From Elusimicrobiota bacterium (GTDB lineage: Bacteria > Elusimicrobiota > Elusimicrobia > UBA1565 > UBA9628): DNA of 64,000 nt. The position numbers and the translations under genes were made by a program. The notes below the pieces were generated by a model. It ran no database searches. It was given only the letters and a program-made list of their open reading frames with translations, and was not told the DNA's origin. Numbering within the stretch: position 1 is the first letter of the stretch; each line of letters starts with the position of its first letter. This document shows positions 34,935 through 43,475 of the stretch, in pieces. The stretch lies in assembly GCA_016207665.1 (NCBI GenBank), contig JACQPG010000050.1, positions 5,519 through 69,518 on the forward strand, read 5' to 3'.

Positions 34935-35359
34935 TTCTTGGCCGGTTCGGTGGCCATGGCTATCTCCCGCGCTCCCGCTCTTTTGGCCGCGGCCAACAGT
35001 CGCTGCACGATCTTGTATGGGACGCTTTCGTCGACTCTCAGCAGGACCACAACGGAAGGCGATTTGGAAAGCTCCACCTTCAAGGCGGGCTCGAGCCGGT
35101 CCCATCCGACGTCCACGGCGCGCAAGGCGATGCGCCCGTCCTTGGTATAGGTCACGACCAGGGACTGGTCCTCGACCGGAGGCAGCGAGGCCTTCGGCAG
35201 TATGACGGGATGGTTGGGATAGGACAGGAGAGGGGCGGTCACGAAGAGGATCACCAGCAGCACCAAAGAGATGTCTATGACCGGGATGATGTTCACCTCG
35301 GTCACCGGCTCGGCTTCAGCCTGGAGACGCCGTAGCTTGAGAAGCTGGTATTTCGCCAT
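34931..35359 (-). CDS. ExbD/TolR family protein (second copy)
   Basis: 142 aa. Single TM IIPVIDISLVLLVILFV and periplasmic ExbD domain. Confidence 0.8.
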   Translation of the reverse strand: MAKYQLLKLRRLQAEAEPVTEVNIIPVIDISLVLLVILFVTAPLLSYPNHPVILPKASLPPVEDQSLVVTYTKDGRIALRAVDVGWDRLEPALKVELSKSPSVVVLLRVDESVPYKIVQRLLAAAKRAGAREIAMATEPAKK

Positions 35360-35810
35360 CCTCGTCTTCCGCGATCGTCTGCACCAGCGCCACCGACTCG
35401 GCGCCGCAGGACTTGATGAGTTCCAGGGTCCGCACTACCATGCCATGGGCGATCTCCGGGCCGGGGGCCAAGAACACCTTCCGGTCCGTGCGCCGAGCCA
35501 GCTCTTGCCTCATGAAAATAGCGAAACGGTCGGTGTCGGAGAAGAATTGATTCCCCACCACCAGGCCCGTCGGTCCGAGAGCCACCACCAGCACCACTTC
35601 CGCGGGCTTCTGCGGCTCGGGGGGCGTAAGATCCTCGCTTTCCAGCCTCTCCTGTTTGGCCGCGGTCTTGACCTTGAGCATCGATTGAGTCATCATCGGA
35701 GAGAGCACCAGCAGGATGATCAGCAGCACCAGAGACACATCAGCCAGGGGCACGACGTTCACTTCGCTGATCTCCCGCGCTTCCTCCGCCTGATGAAAGG
35801 GAGAGCTCAT
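35316..35810 (-). CDS. ExbD/TolR family protein (first copy)
   Basis: Start MSSPFHQAEE at 35810 (ATGA overlap with exbB). TM VVPLADVSLVLLIILLVL. The long upstream part of the listed ORF is not coding. Confidence 0.8.
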   Translation of the reverse strand: MSSPFHQAEEAREISEVNVVPLADVSLVLLIILLVLSPMMTQSMLKVKTAAKQERLESEDLTPPEPQKPAEVVLVVALGPTGLVVGNQFFSDTDRFAIFMRQELARRTDRKVFLAPGPEIAHGMVVRTLELIKSCGAESVALVQTIAEDEDGEIPASQATASPG

Positions 35811-36469
35811 GGTCCTAGCCGGGGACCGGGGCGCATCGGAGCTTGGATCGGAGGAGAGGCCTGGGGAAGCAGTTCGGCGAGCTCGAAGACCCAAAGATCG
35901 GCTTGGCTGAGCCTTTGCCGGGCCGCTAGGGTGAAATAGTTGTAGAACACCGCGCTCATCACGGCGACTCCTATGCCGGCCGCGGTGGCGACCAAGGCCT
36001 CGGAGATGCCGGCCGCCACGACCACCGGTCCGCCTGCTCCGGCGATAGCCAGGTCGTGAAAGGCGCGCATGATTCCCAGCACCGTCCCCATCAAGCCGAT
36101 CAATGGCGCGATGAAGCTGGCCGTGCCGAAGAAGCCGAGCCGCCGATTGAGCTCCATGTGCATGCGCTGGCGGTAAAGCTGAAAAGCCTCGACCAGCCGC
36201 TCCGTGTTTGGGTCCTTGAGATTGAGCAGCCTCTCGAGGGCTTCTCCCATGATTCCGGACTGGACTTGGCATATCCCTAGGGCGCCTTCGTGGTCTCCTT
36301 TATCCAATTTGGCCTTGACCTTTTCCCAAAAACCGCCGGGCAAGGGGCAAGCCACCCAAAACACGTAGAAACGCTCGATCGCCTGGGCTACGATAAGGAT
36401 AGACAGCACCAGGAGAATCGGCATGGTGATGCTGACTTTCAGCATCTGTCCGAAACTCATCTGTTCCAT
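35807..36469 (-). CDS. ExbB/TolQ/MotA family proton-channel protein
   Basis: 220 aa. Three TMs with the conserved GLMGTVLGIMRAF...GISEAL region. Confidence 0.85.
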   Translation of the reverse strand: MEQMSFGQMLKVSITMPILLVLSILIVAQAIERFYVFWVACPLPGGFWEKVKAKLDKGDHEGALGICQVQSGIMGEALERLLNLKDPNTERLVEAFQLYRQRMHMELNRRLGFFGTASFIAPLIGLMGTVLGIMRAFHDLAIAGAGGPVVVAAGISEALVATAAGIGVAVMSAVFYNYFTLAARQRLSQADLWVFELAELLPQASPPIQAPMRPGPRLGP

Positions 36470-36529
36470 ACGTTTGGAGTATAGGCCAGAATGGATTTGG
36501 CCGCAAGGGCGAATATATTAAGGAACAGG

Positions 36530-38917
36530 TTAAAGAGCGGCGCCGGAGGAACTTCGTGCGGACGAGTGAAGTAGCGCGTCTAGACGGCGGCGCGCCGCCT
36601 CGAAATCCACATGGCCCTTGGACGCGACCCGCAATATCTCATGGTAAAGAGGCATGGCCTTGCGCCTGTCCTGGCGCAACTCATAGAGAAGTCCGAGCCG
36701 GAGAAGGCCATGGACCCTGAGGGGATGGCGGGCGGGCTTGGCCGCGCGAAGGGTCTCGTAGGCCTTGATGGCCAAGGCCGGCTGCTTGAGCTTTTCGCGG
36801 ATCTTGGCCGTGTTGTACACGGCTTGTATATGGTTGGGATCCGAGCTTGAGACCTTGGCATAGGACTCGGCCGCGGGAGCCAAATGCCCCAAGGACTCCC
36901 TGAGTTGGCCCATCTGAAAATGGATCCAGGACGATTTCGCGTGTTTGGGAAAGCGCTTGATCAGATCCTCATAGGCGGCCAGGGCGCGGCCCTTGTTCTC
37001 CGTCTTTCCCGAGGCGACGGCTCGGTTGAAGAGGGCATCCGCGGCCGAGCCATCCTTGGCCGAGCCTCCCAAGGCGAAGGCGGAGGCGGCTTCTTCGTAG
37101 CGGCGGAGCTCGTAGAGCAGGTGGCCGAGGCGCAGCGCCGCCTGTGGCAGCAGCTTATGGGATCGGTGCTCGGAGAGGAATCGACGGAATGTCTTGATGG
37201 CTTGCTCAGTGTCGTCCGTTTTCAGCTGCGACTCGGCCAGAAAGAACACGCTTTCAGCGACATGGGCCGATTTGGGGAAGTCCGAAGCGTAGGTGGCGAA
37301 GAGTTTTTGGGCTCTTTGGAAATCCCCGCTCTGGAAAGCCTTGACCCCGAGCTCCCAGCGGATATGGGAGACGATCGGATGCCTGATGTATTGGTTGGCC
37401 GCCTTGATCAAGCCTGGGTTATCGCGATCGCCCATCCAGTAAGAGGTGAGCAGAAGCTCCTCGACCTCATAGGCGCGGGAGTCGCCCGGGTATTTCTCCA
37501 GGAATCTCGAATACAGCGGGATCGCCTCCTTGAAGCGCTTCCCGTTGTAATGAACCTGCGCCATGAGAAGCAGGGATTCCTTGGAATCGGAATCACCTCC
37601 CCCCTCCCCCAGGTTGCGGTAATGGGTGATCGCCTGTTGCGAGCGGCCTAGACGGGCATAGAGTTGGCCCAGCTGGAGATGGGCGTCGCGGGTGAAGACC
37701 GAATCGGGGCTGCGGCTGAGTATTTGCGAAAAGGCGTCTATGGCCTCCTGACTGCGATCGAGCCTCTTAAGAGCCAGTCCCTGCTGGTACAAGGCCATGC
37801 CCAATTGGGGATGTTCCGGGTGCCTCTTAGCGAAGCGCGCATAGGCCGCGGCCGCTTCCCGAAGCTTGGCGGTCTTGTAAAGGATGTGAGCCTCGGAGAT
37901 GCGAGCGGAGGCTCCGAGATGGATCAGGCCCCAGCGCTCCGCCGAGGCTTGGGCCCGGCGCAGCTCGGCCAAGGCTTGATCCGGGCGGCCGGATCGATCG
38001 AACTGGGCCGCGCTCGCGCCCAAGGCATAGGCGGTCAGCGGAGAATCGAGTTTGGAATCGATCACGGCCCTATAGCGGCGGAGGGCTTGGCTCAGCTTTC
38101 CCTCCCGCTCTTCGGCCGCGGCCTGCCAGACCTGGGCGAGAGTGGACCATCGGTCGGTCTTGGAGCCGGAAAGCGCGTTGACGGCCGACCACACGCCGAG
38201 ATTATCGCCTTGGGCCAGCGCGGAGGCGGCCAGCAGGTAAAGGGCTTTGTTCTTGAGCGCTCCTTCGGCAGCGCCGTCGGCCACGGCTTGTAGTATGCGC
38301 GCGGCCCGCGCGGGATCCTTGAGACGCAGATAAAGAGCGCCCGCCAGCAGTTTTAATTCAGAGGCGGATCTGTGGTTCGGATGCATCTCCAGGAATTGCC
38401 GGCAGGCCTCGAGCGCGTCGGCCGGAGAGTTTTGGCGCAGGGCGTCCTGGATCCTCGCCAGGGCGGACTCCGGCCGCCGGCCCACCACCACCGGGATTTC
38501 GGGCTCGGGGTCGGAGTAAGGAAGCTGATACTCTTCGGGGAAGGTCTGCATCAACTGACGGGCCCGGTCGGACCATTCGGAGTCCGGATAGCGTCCCACG
38601 AGAATGTCGATGTGGTGGCGAGCGCCGGTAAAGTCCCCTTTCCGCGCCGCCAGTTGGGCCATGCGGTAGAGGTCCAGCTCCATGAGATGATCGCGAGGCG
38701 CGGTCATTTTGGTGCTCCAATTCAATGAGCTCCTATAGTTGGCCTGGGCTCCCGCGTAATCGCCCAGTTGATAGGCGGTCTCGGCCAGGAAGGCCGTGGC
38801 TTCCATGTTGAGCTGATGCCAGTTCTCCAGGGGAGCCGGAGCGCCCTCTTCCTGGGCCTCGGCGTAGGCGCTTGCCGAGGTCATGGCCAAGATCAGGGCG
38901 GTCAGCATCCGTTTCAT
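36530..38917 (-). CDS. large secreted TPR-repeat protein (YbgF/CpoB-like repeats)
   Basis: 795 aa. Signal peptide MKRMLTALILAMTSASAYA. Many TPR-like A/Y/L-rich helical repeats. Confidence 0.75.
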   Translation of the reverse strand: MKRMLTALILAMTSASAYAEAQEEGAPAPLENWHQLNMEATAFLAETAYQLGDYAGAQANYRSSLNWSTKMTAPRDHLMELDLYRMAQLAARKGDFTGARHHIDILVGRYPDSEWSDRARQLMQTFPEEYQLPYSDPEPEIPVVVGRRPESALARIQDALRQNSPADALEACRQFLEMHPNHRSASELKLLAGALYLRLKDPARAARILQAVADGAAEGALKNKALYLLAASALAQGDNLGVWSAVNALSGSKTDRWSTLAQVWQAAAEEREGKLSQALRRYRAVIDSKLDSPLTAYALGASAAQFDRSGRPDQALAELRRAQASAERWGLIHLGASARISEAHILYKTAKLREAAAAYARFAKRHPEHPQLGMALYQQGLALKRLDRSQEAIDAFSQILSRSPDSVFTRDAHLQLGQLYARLGRSQQAITHYRNLGEGGGDSDSKESLLLMAQVHYNGKRFKEAIPLYSRFLEKYPGDSRAYEVEELLLTSYWMGDRDNPGLIKAANQYIRHPIVSHIRWELGVKAFQSGDFQRAQKLFATYASDFPKSAHVAESVFFLAESQLKTDDTEQAIKTFRRFLSEHRSHKLLPQAALRLGHLLYELRRYEEAASAFALGGSAKDGSAADALFNRAVASGKTENKGRALAAYEDLIKRFPKHAKSSWIHFQMGQLRESLGHLAPAAESYAKVSSSDPNHIQAVYNTAKIREKLKQPALAIKAYETLRAAKPARHPLRVHGLLRLGLLYELRQDRRKAMPLYHEILRVASKGHVDFEAARRRLDALLHSSARSSSGAAL

Positions 38918-38918
38918 A

Positions 38919-39941
38919 TCAGCTCATCAGGAAGTGGAACGTGACGGTTCCCCAGGTCGCCGGATTGTCCGGCCGAGCCGGGATGGATTCGAATTTCCAT
39001 TTCTTGAGCGCCTCGAGGGCCAGTTGATCGATCTCGGGAAAGCCCGAGGTCTTGCGTATCACCGCGCCGAGCTTGACCGATCCATCCTCCAAAACTTGGA
39101 ATTTCACCTCGACGGTCAGCTCCAGACCCCGCTTGGAGACCCAATCGGGGCTTTGCGGCAGCACTCGCCGTATCAGACGCCGATTTCCCGCGGGCCCGTC
39201 GATGGACCAGGACAGTCCTCCGCCGTTGGGCCCCAGGCCTCCGCCCGAGGCCTTGCGGTATTTCTGGTCGCGCCCCTCGGCCTCAAGATCGTAGACCGGC
39301 TCGGCGCCGCTTCCCACGCCCTCAAGACCGCCCTTGGCCGGCGCCAGCCCCGGCTCGGCATGGGACACGGAGCCGGTCGGGGCGACGTCCTCATCTGCGT
39401 TCGAGTCGTTGGGCGCGTCAGACAGGACCTCGTCCGGATCGCGCAGGCTGGCTATTTCCTGCTCAAGCAGGGCCTTCTGCCGGACTTTTTCCGCCTTCAT
39501 TTCCGCCAGCCGCTGCGCTCGCTCGGCCCGCTCCTGGGCCAGCCGCAGCGCCTTTTCCCGCGCTTGAGCCGCGCGTTCGGCAGCCAGGGCCTCAGCGCGA
39601 GCCTTGCGCTCCGCAGCCAGAGCCTTGGCTCGGGGATTGGTCTTCTGCTTGTTCTTGGTCTTGATCGGGGTCTTGGGCTTGGCGACGCGCTCCGGTCGAT
39701 AAGCTCCAGGTCCATGCCGGGGAACGCCTTCTCGGCCCTGTCCTCCCGGCATGGGGGCCAGGGTCGGGGTGGGAGGAGGGGCGGCGACGAAATCGACCGA
39801 GACTATGGCGGTTGGAGGCGGCTTATGAGATCCGGCCCAATACAGCGTCGGGTTGGCCGAGAGCACGGCCGTATGGATGAGGCAAGCGGCCATCAACGAG
39901 GCTATATCCCGGGCCCTCTCGCTCCGTCGTAATATTCCCAT
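38919..39941 (-). CDS. TonB/TolA-family energy transducer
   Basis: N-terminal TM IASLMAACLIHTAVLSA, Pro-rich segment, Lys/Ala/Glu-rich helical region (KALAAERKARAEALAAERAAQAREKALRLAQERAERAQRLAEMKAE), C-terminal TonB_C-like domain (LELTVEVKFQVLEDGSVKLGAVIRKTSGFPEIDQLALEALKKWKFE). Confidence 0.75.
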   Translation of the reverse strand: MGILRRSERARDIASLMAACLIHTAVLSANPTLYWAGSHKPPPTAIVSVDFVAAPPPTPTLAPMPGGQGREGVPRHGPGAYRPERVAKPKTPIKTKNKQKTNPRAKALAAERKARAEALAAERAAQAREKALRLAQERAERAQRLAEMKAEKVRQKALLEQEIASLRDPDEVLSDAPNDSNADEDVAPTGSVSHAEPGLAPAKGGLEGVGSGAEPVYDLEAEGRDQKYRKASGGGLGPNGGGLSWSIDGPAGNRRLIRRVLPQSPDWVSKRGLELTVEVKFQVLEDGSVKLGAVIRKTSGFPEIDQLALEALKKWKFESIPARPDNPATWGTVTFHFLMS

Positions 39942-40096
39942 TATTTAATAAGTGTATGGTCCCTCTTTGGAGCGATCAAGCAAAAATTCGGTTATGTTTC
40001 GGTAAAGTGAAATCCGTCGTTCCCGTAACAACTTTTAAACACAGGACTGCTAAAAACTACCGCTGGTGGGTTAAACGAATGACGGAGGACCTTGGG

Positions 40097-40258
40097 ATGA
40101 TCAACGTGCTTGAGCTCAGCCGCCTCTATGAAAACCAGTGGGTTGTCTTGGATCGCAGCCAAAAGGTGCTTGACCATGGCCCGCAGCTTGACAGCCTGTG
40201 GAGCAAATATGGACCCATCGCGGGCAAGATCACTTTCTATTTCGCCTCGGCGACCTGA
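40097..40258 (+). CDS. small hypothetical protein (DUF5678-like pattern)
   Basis: 53 aa MINVLELSRLYENQWVVLDRSQKVLDHGPQLDSLWSKYGPIAGKITFYFASAT. GGAGGA 7 nt upstream. The rest of the listed ORF upstream is AT-rich and probably non-coding. Confidence 0.4.
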   Translation: MINVLELSRLYENQWVVLDRSQKVLDHGPQLDSLWSKYGPIAGKITFYFASAT

Positions 40259-40648
40259 TCAGCCGCCGGCGAGCTCAGCCGGATAAGGTCCCGACGGCCT
40301 TTCATCGAGGTTGCGAAGGCAGGTCTCGATGATCGCTTCCCATGAGTCGGCCGGCTTGGCGCTGACCGCCGGGGTTCGCGGCCGAGCCAGATGACGGATC
40401 TCCTGGATGAGGGCCTCTGCATCCTCCTCGGCCGCCAAAACCCAGCGTTCGCTCTCCTGCGCCCAGGCCGCGCATTGCTCGCGCCAAAGCCCGCGCAAGC
40501 CGGAGATATCCATGACCCGGGCGGAAAATCCGCGCCGCCATAGCTCCTGCGCCGCTTTCACCGCCTCGGGCAGGAACTTCGGGGAGGCGAAAATAGTGGC
40601 CTGATAATGGCGGGTCGCGTGAGGAGGAGTCCAGGCTGCGGCGGCCAT
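40259..40648 (-). CDS. hypothetical protein, weak resemblance to transketolase/E1-beta C-terminal domain
   Basis: 129 aa; ATIFASPKFLPEAVKAAQELWRRGFSARVMDISGL resembles the TK_C pattern. Stand-alone; may be a gene remnant. Confidence 0.35.
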   Translation of the reverse strand: MAAAAWTPPHATRHYQATIFASPKFLPEAVKAAQELWRRGFSARVMDISGLRGLWREQCAAWAQESERWVLAAEEDAEALIQEIRHLARPRTPAVSAKPADSWEAIIETCLRNLDERPSGPYPAELAGG

Positions 40649-40671
40649 GGCGGGATTGTATCAAAGTTTGG

Positions 40672-40704
40672 CTCCGGCCATTTTTGCTAAAATCCTGGCC
40701 GGAG
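40672..40704. promoter_or_regulatory. perfect 9-bp inverted repeat CTCCGGCCA-N15-TGGCCGGAG; loop contains TAAAAT, right arm contains the GGAG ribosome-binding site of punA
   Basis: Seen in sequence. Ends 4 nt before the ATG at 40709. Confidence 0.5.
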
Positions 40705-40708
40705 CTGG

Positions 40709-41536
40709 ATGACTAACGAGCACGTCGAGACGATTCGAAGGGCCGTTGAACGCATCCGCTCCCAGGCGCCCGGCGCCCCTCCCGATACCGCGGTCATCCT
40801 TGGTTCCGGCCTGGCCGGCGCCATTCCCGAGCTCTCCGCGGCCGTGAGCATCCCCTACGCCGACATTCCCGGCTTTCCTCGCGCCACCGTCGCCGGACAT
40901 GCCGGGAAGCTGGTCGCGGGCCGGCTCAAGAGCGCTCGCGTCGCGTTCATGCAAGGTCGCTTTCATTATTATGAAGGCCATTCCATGGAATCGATCGCCC
41001 TGCCCATTCGAGTACTGGGTTCCTGGGGAGTCAAGACCTTGATCGTCACGGCCGCCGTGGGTTCCATGCGTCCCGCCATCAAGCCCGGACATTTCACCGT
41101 CATCAGCGACCATATCAATCTCATGGGACATAACCCGCTGCGAGGAGGGCACAGCCAGTCTTTCGGCCAGATGTTCCCCGACTTATCCCTCGCTTACGAT
41201 TCCAAGCTCCGTTCGATGGCTCGGCGTGCGCTTAAGGCCCGGAAATTCAGGGTCCATCAAGGCGTATACTTGGCCGTCGGAGGTCCCTCCTACGAGACCC
41301 CCGCGGAGATCGGGGCTTTCCGCACCCTGGGCGGCGATGTGGTGGGCATGTCCGTGGTTCCCGAGGTCATCGTGGCCCGGCAAATGGGCCTGCGCGTGCT
41401 TGCGTTGACCTGGACTTCCAACATGGCTAGCGGGATGGGCGCGGCGGCGCTCAGCCATGCCGAGGTGCTCGCCTTGGGCGAGCGGGTCTCGGTCCGGTTA
41501 AAGGCTGCTCTGGGGGATATTCTGGGGCAGGTGTGA
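40709..41536 (+). CDS. purine nucleoside phosphorylase (PNP-I/PunA family)
   Basis: 275 aa. AVILGSGLAG, FHYYEGH, GMSVVPEVIVARQMGLRVLALT motifs. Confidence 0.85.
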   Translation: MTNEHVETIRRAVERIRSQAPGAPPDTAVILGSGLAGAIPELSAAVSIPYADIPGFPRATVAGHAGKLVAGRLKSARVAFMQGRFHYYEGHSMESIALPIRVLGSWGVKTLIVTAAVGSMRPAIKPGHFTVISDHINLMGHNPLRGGHSQSFGQMFPDLSLAYDSKLRSMARRALKARKFRVHQGVYLAVGGPSYETPAEIGAFRTLGGDVVGMSVVPEVIVARQMGLRVLALTWTSNMASGMGAAALSHAEVLALGERVSVRLKAALGDILGQV

Positions 41537-42843
41537 TGGAGATGATCGAGCTTATCGCCAAGAAACGGAGAGGCCTGGCGCATACCCCCGAGGAGATCCG
41601 TTTCATCGCGCGTGGCGCGGGAGAAGGGACCTTGCCCGATTATCAGCTCTCCGCTTGGCTGATGGCCGTCTGTCTGCGTGGCATGAGCCAGGCCGAATCG
41701 GTCGAGATGACTCGGGCGATGGCCGACTCCGGCCAGAAGCTCGACCTCTCCTCGATCCGGTCGGCCAAGGTGGACAAGCATTCCACGGGCGGAGTGGGCG
41801 ACGGGGTATCCCTGGCCTTGGCGCCCTTGGTGGCGGCCGCGGGCGTGGCCGTGCCCATGATGAGCGGCCGCGGGCTCGGACATACCGGGGGCACGCTCGA
41901 CAAGCTGGAGTCGATACCGGGTTTTCGCGTGCGCCTGGACGCCGCGCAGATCAGGACCCAGATTGAAAAAATCGGGGTCTGCCTCTTCGGTCAGAGCGAA
42001 AGCCTGGCGCCCGCGGATCGGCGCCTCTATCACTTGAGGGACGCCACCTCGACCGTGGAGTCCTTGCCTTTGGTCGTGGCGAGCATACTCTCCAAGAAAT
42101 TGGCGGAGGACTTGGATGCCTTGGTGCTCGACGTCAAGACCGGCTCCGGGGCCATATTCCCCGAGCTCTCGCGTTCCGAGGAGTTGGCCAAGGCGCTGTT
42201 GAGAGTCTCCAAGCGCCTGGGCCTTCGCGGCGTCGCCTTGGTGACCGGGATGGACGAGCCCCTGGGTCGCGCGGTGGGAAACGCCTTGGAGATGCGACAG
42301 ACCATCGAGCTGCTGCAAGGCGACAGGCGAGCGGGGGATTTTCTGGAGCTCACACTCGAGCTCGGAAGCTGGATGGTGCATCTCGGCGGCAAGTCCCGGA
42401 CGCCGGCCGAGGCCCGAATCCTCCTGGAGGGTCTTATCCGGGACGGAGTCGCTTTGGCCAAGCTGCGCCAGATCGTCGACCATCAAGGGGGCGATCCCCG
42501 GGTGCTCGACGACCCCGGGCTGCTGCCCAAGGCCGCGGCCTCTCGCGCGCTGTCCAGCCCCCGCTCCGGCTTCCTCTCTCGCCTTGATGCCAGGAAGATC
42601 GGCGAGGCGGCCGTGCTCTTGGGCGCTGGACGCGCTTTTATGGAGCAGGCCATTGATTATGGCGCGGGCATCCTGTTGGAAAAGAAACTAGGAGACCAGG
42701 TGCTCAAAGGCCAGACCGTGGCCACGCTTTACGGGTCCGATGATGATAAACTTCGCCGAGCCGAAGGGATCGTCCTTTCGGCCATGAATATCGTGCCTCG
42801 AGCCCCGAAGCTCAAGCCTCTCATCAGAAAGGTGCTCAAATAA
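41533..42843 (+). CDS. thymidine/pyrimidine-nucleoside phosphorylase
   Basis: 436 aa. KHSTGGVGDG, SGRGLGHTGGTLDKLE motifs. GTGA overlap with punA. Confidence 0.9.
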   Translation: MMEMIELIAKKRRGLAHTPEEIRFIARGAGEGTLPDYQLSAWLMAVCLRGMSQAESVEMTRAMADSGQKLDLSSIRSAKVDKHSTGGVGDGVSLALAPLVAAAGVAVPMMSGRGLGHTGGTLDKLESIPGFRVRLDAAQIRTQIEKIGVCLFGQSESLAPADRRLYHLRDATSTVESLPLVVASILSKKLAEDLDALVLDVKTGSGAIFPELSRSEELAKALLRVSKRLGLRGVALVTGMDEPLGRAVGNALEMRQTIELLQGDRRAGDFLELTLELGSWMVHLGGKSRTPAEARILLEGLIRDGVALAKLRQIVDHQGGDPRVLDDPGLLPKAAASRALSSPRSGFLSRLDARKIGEAAVLLGAGRAFMEQAIDYGAGILLEKKLGDQVLKGQTVATLYGSDDDKLRRAEGIVLSAMNIVPRAPKLKPLIRKVLK

Positions 42844-42844
42844 T

Positions 42845-43471
42845 ATGCCCTCGAAACTGACGGTCTGCGACCATCCGGTGGTTCAAGACAAGCTTTCCGC
42901 GCTGCGCGATAAGCATACCCGGCCGGACGATTTCCGATTGCTCATGTCCGAGATCAGCGCCCTCATGGCTTATGAAGTGCTCAAAGGCGTGCGCACCAGG
43001 CGCACCATGGTGCAGACCCCGCTGCGCAGCGCCAGCGCCGAATTTCTCGCCCAGCCCATCGCCTGCGTCGCGGTGCTGCGCGCGGGCTTGGGCATGCTCA
43101 CGGGTCTGCTCTCGGTCGTTCCCCGCTGCCGGGTAGGTCATATCGGCCTCTATCGCAACGAGGAGACGCTCAATCCCGTCCGCTATTACGTGCGCCTGCC
43201 CAAGGATCTCGCGGAGTCGTTCGTGATCTTGTGCGATCCGATGCTCGCCACCGGAGGCTCGGCCTGCGAGGCCATCCGCATCCTCAAGACCGACGGAGCC
43301 CGGCAGATCGTCCTCATGTCCGTGCTGGCCTGCCGGGCAGGGGTCAGGCGCGTGCACGAGCTCTTTCCCGAGGTCCCGATCTACGCCGCGGCGGTCGACC
43401 CCCAATTGAACAAGTCGGGGTATATCGTCCCGGGACTGGGCGACGCGGGGGACCGGTTGTTCTGGACCTGA
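42845..43471 (+). CDS. upp: uracil phosphoribosyltransferase
   Basis: 208 aa. HPVVQDKLSALRDK, VILCDPMLATGGSA, YIVPGLGDAGDRLF. Confidence 0.9.
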   Translation: MPSKLTVCDHPVVQDKLSALRDKHTRPDDFRLLMSEISALMAYEVLKGVRTRRTMVQTPLRSASAEFLAQPIACVAVLRAGLGMLTGLLSVVPRCRVGHIGLYRNEETLNPVRYYVRLPKDLAESFVILCDPMLATGGSACEAIRILKTDGARQIVLMSVLACRAGVRRVHELFPEVPIYAAAVDPQLNKSGYIVPGLGDAGDRLFWT

Positions 43472-43475
43472 ACCT

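Noticed and set aside
36470-36529. Small GGCCA...TGGCC hairpin between the TPR gene and exbB, considered as a terminator
   Set aside because: The stem is only 5-6 bp with no following U-tract. The genes are almost certainly co-transcribed, and a TATACT box nearby suggests at most an internal promoter.
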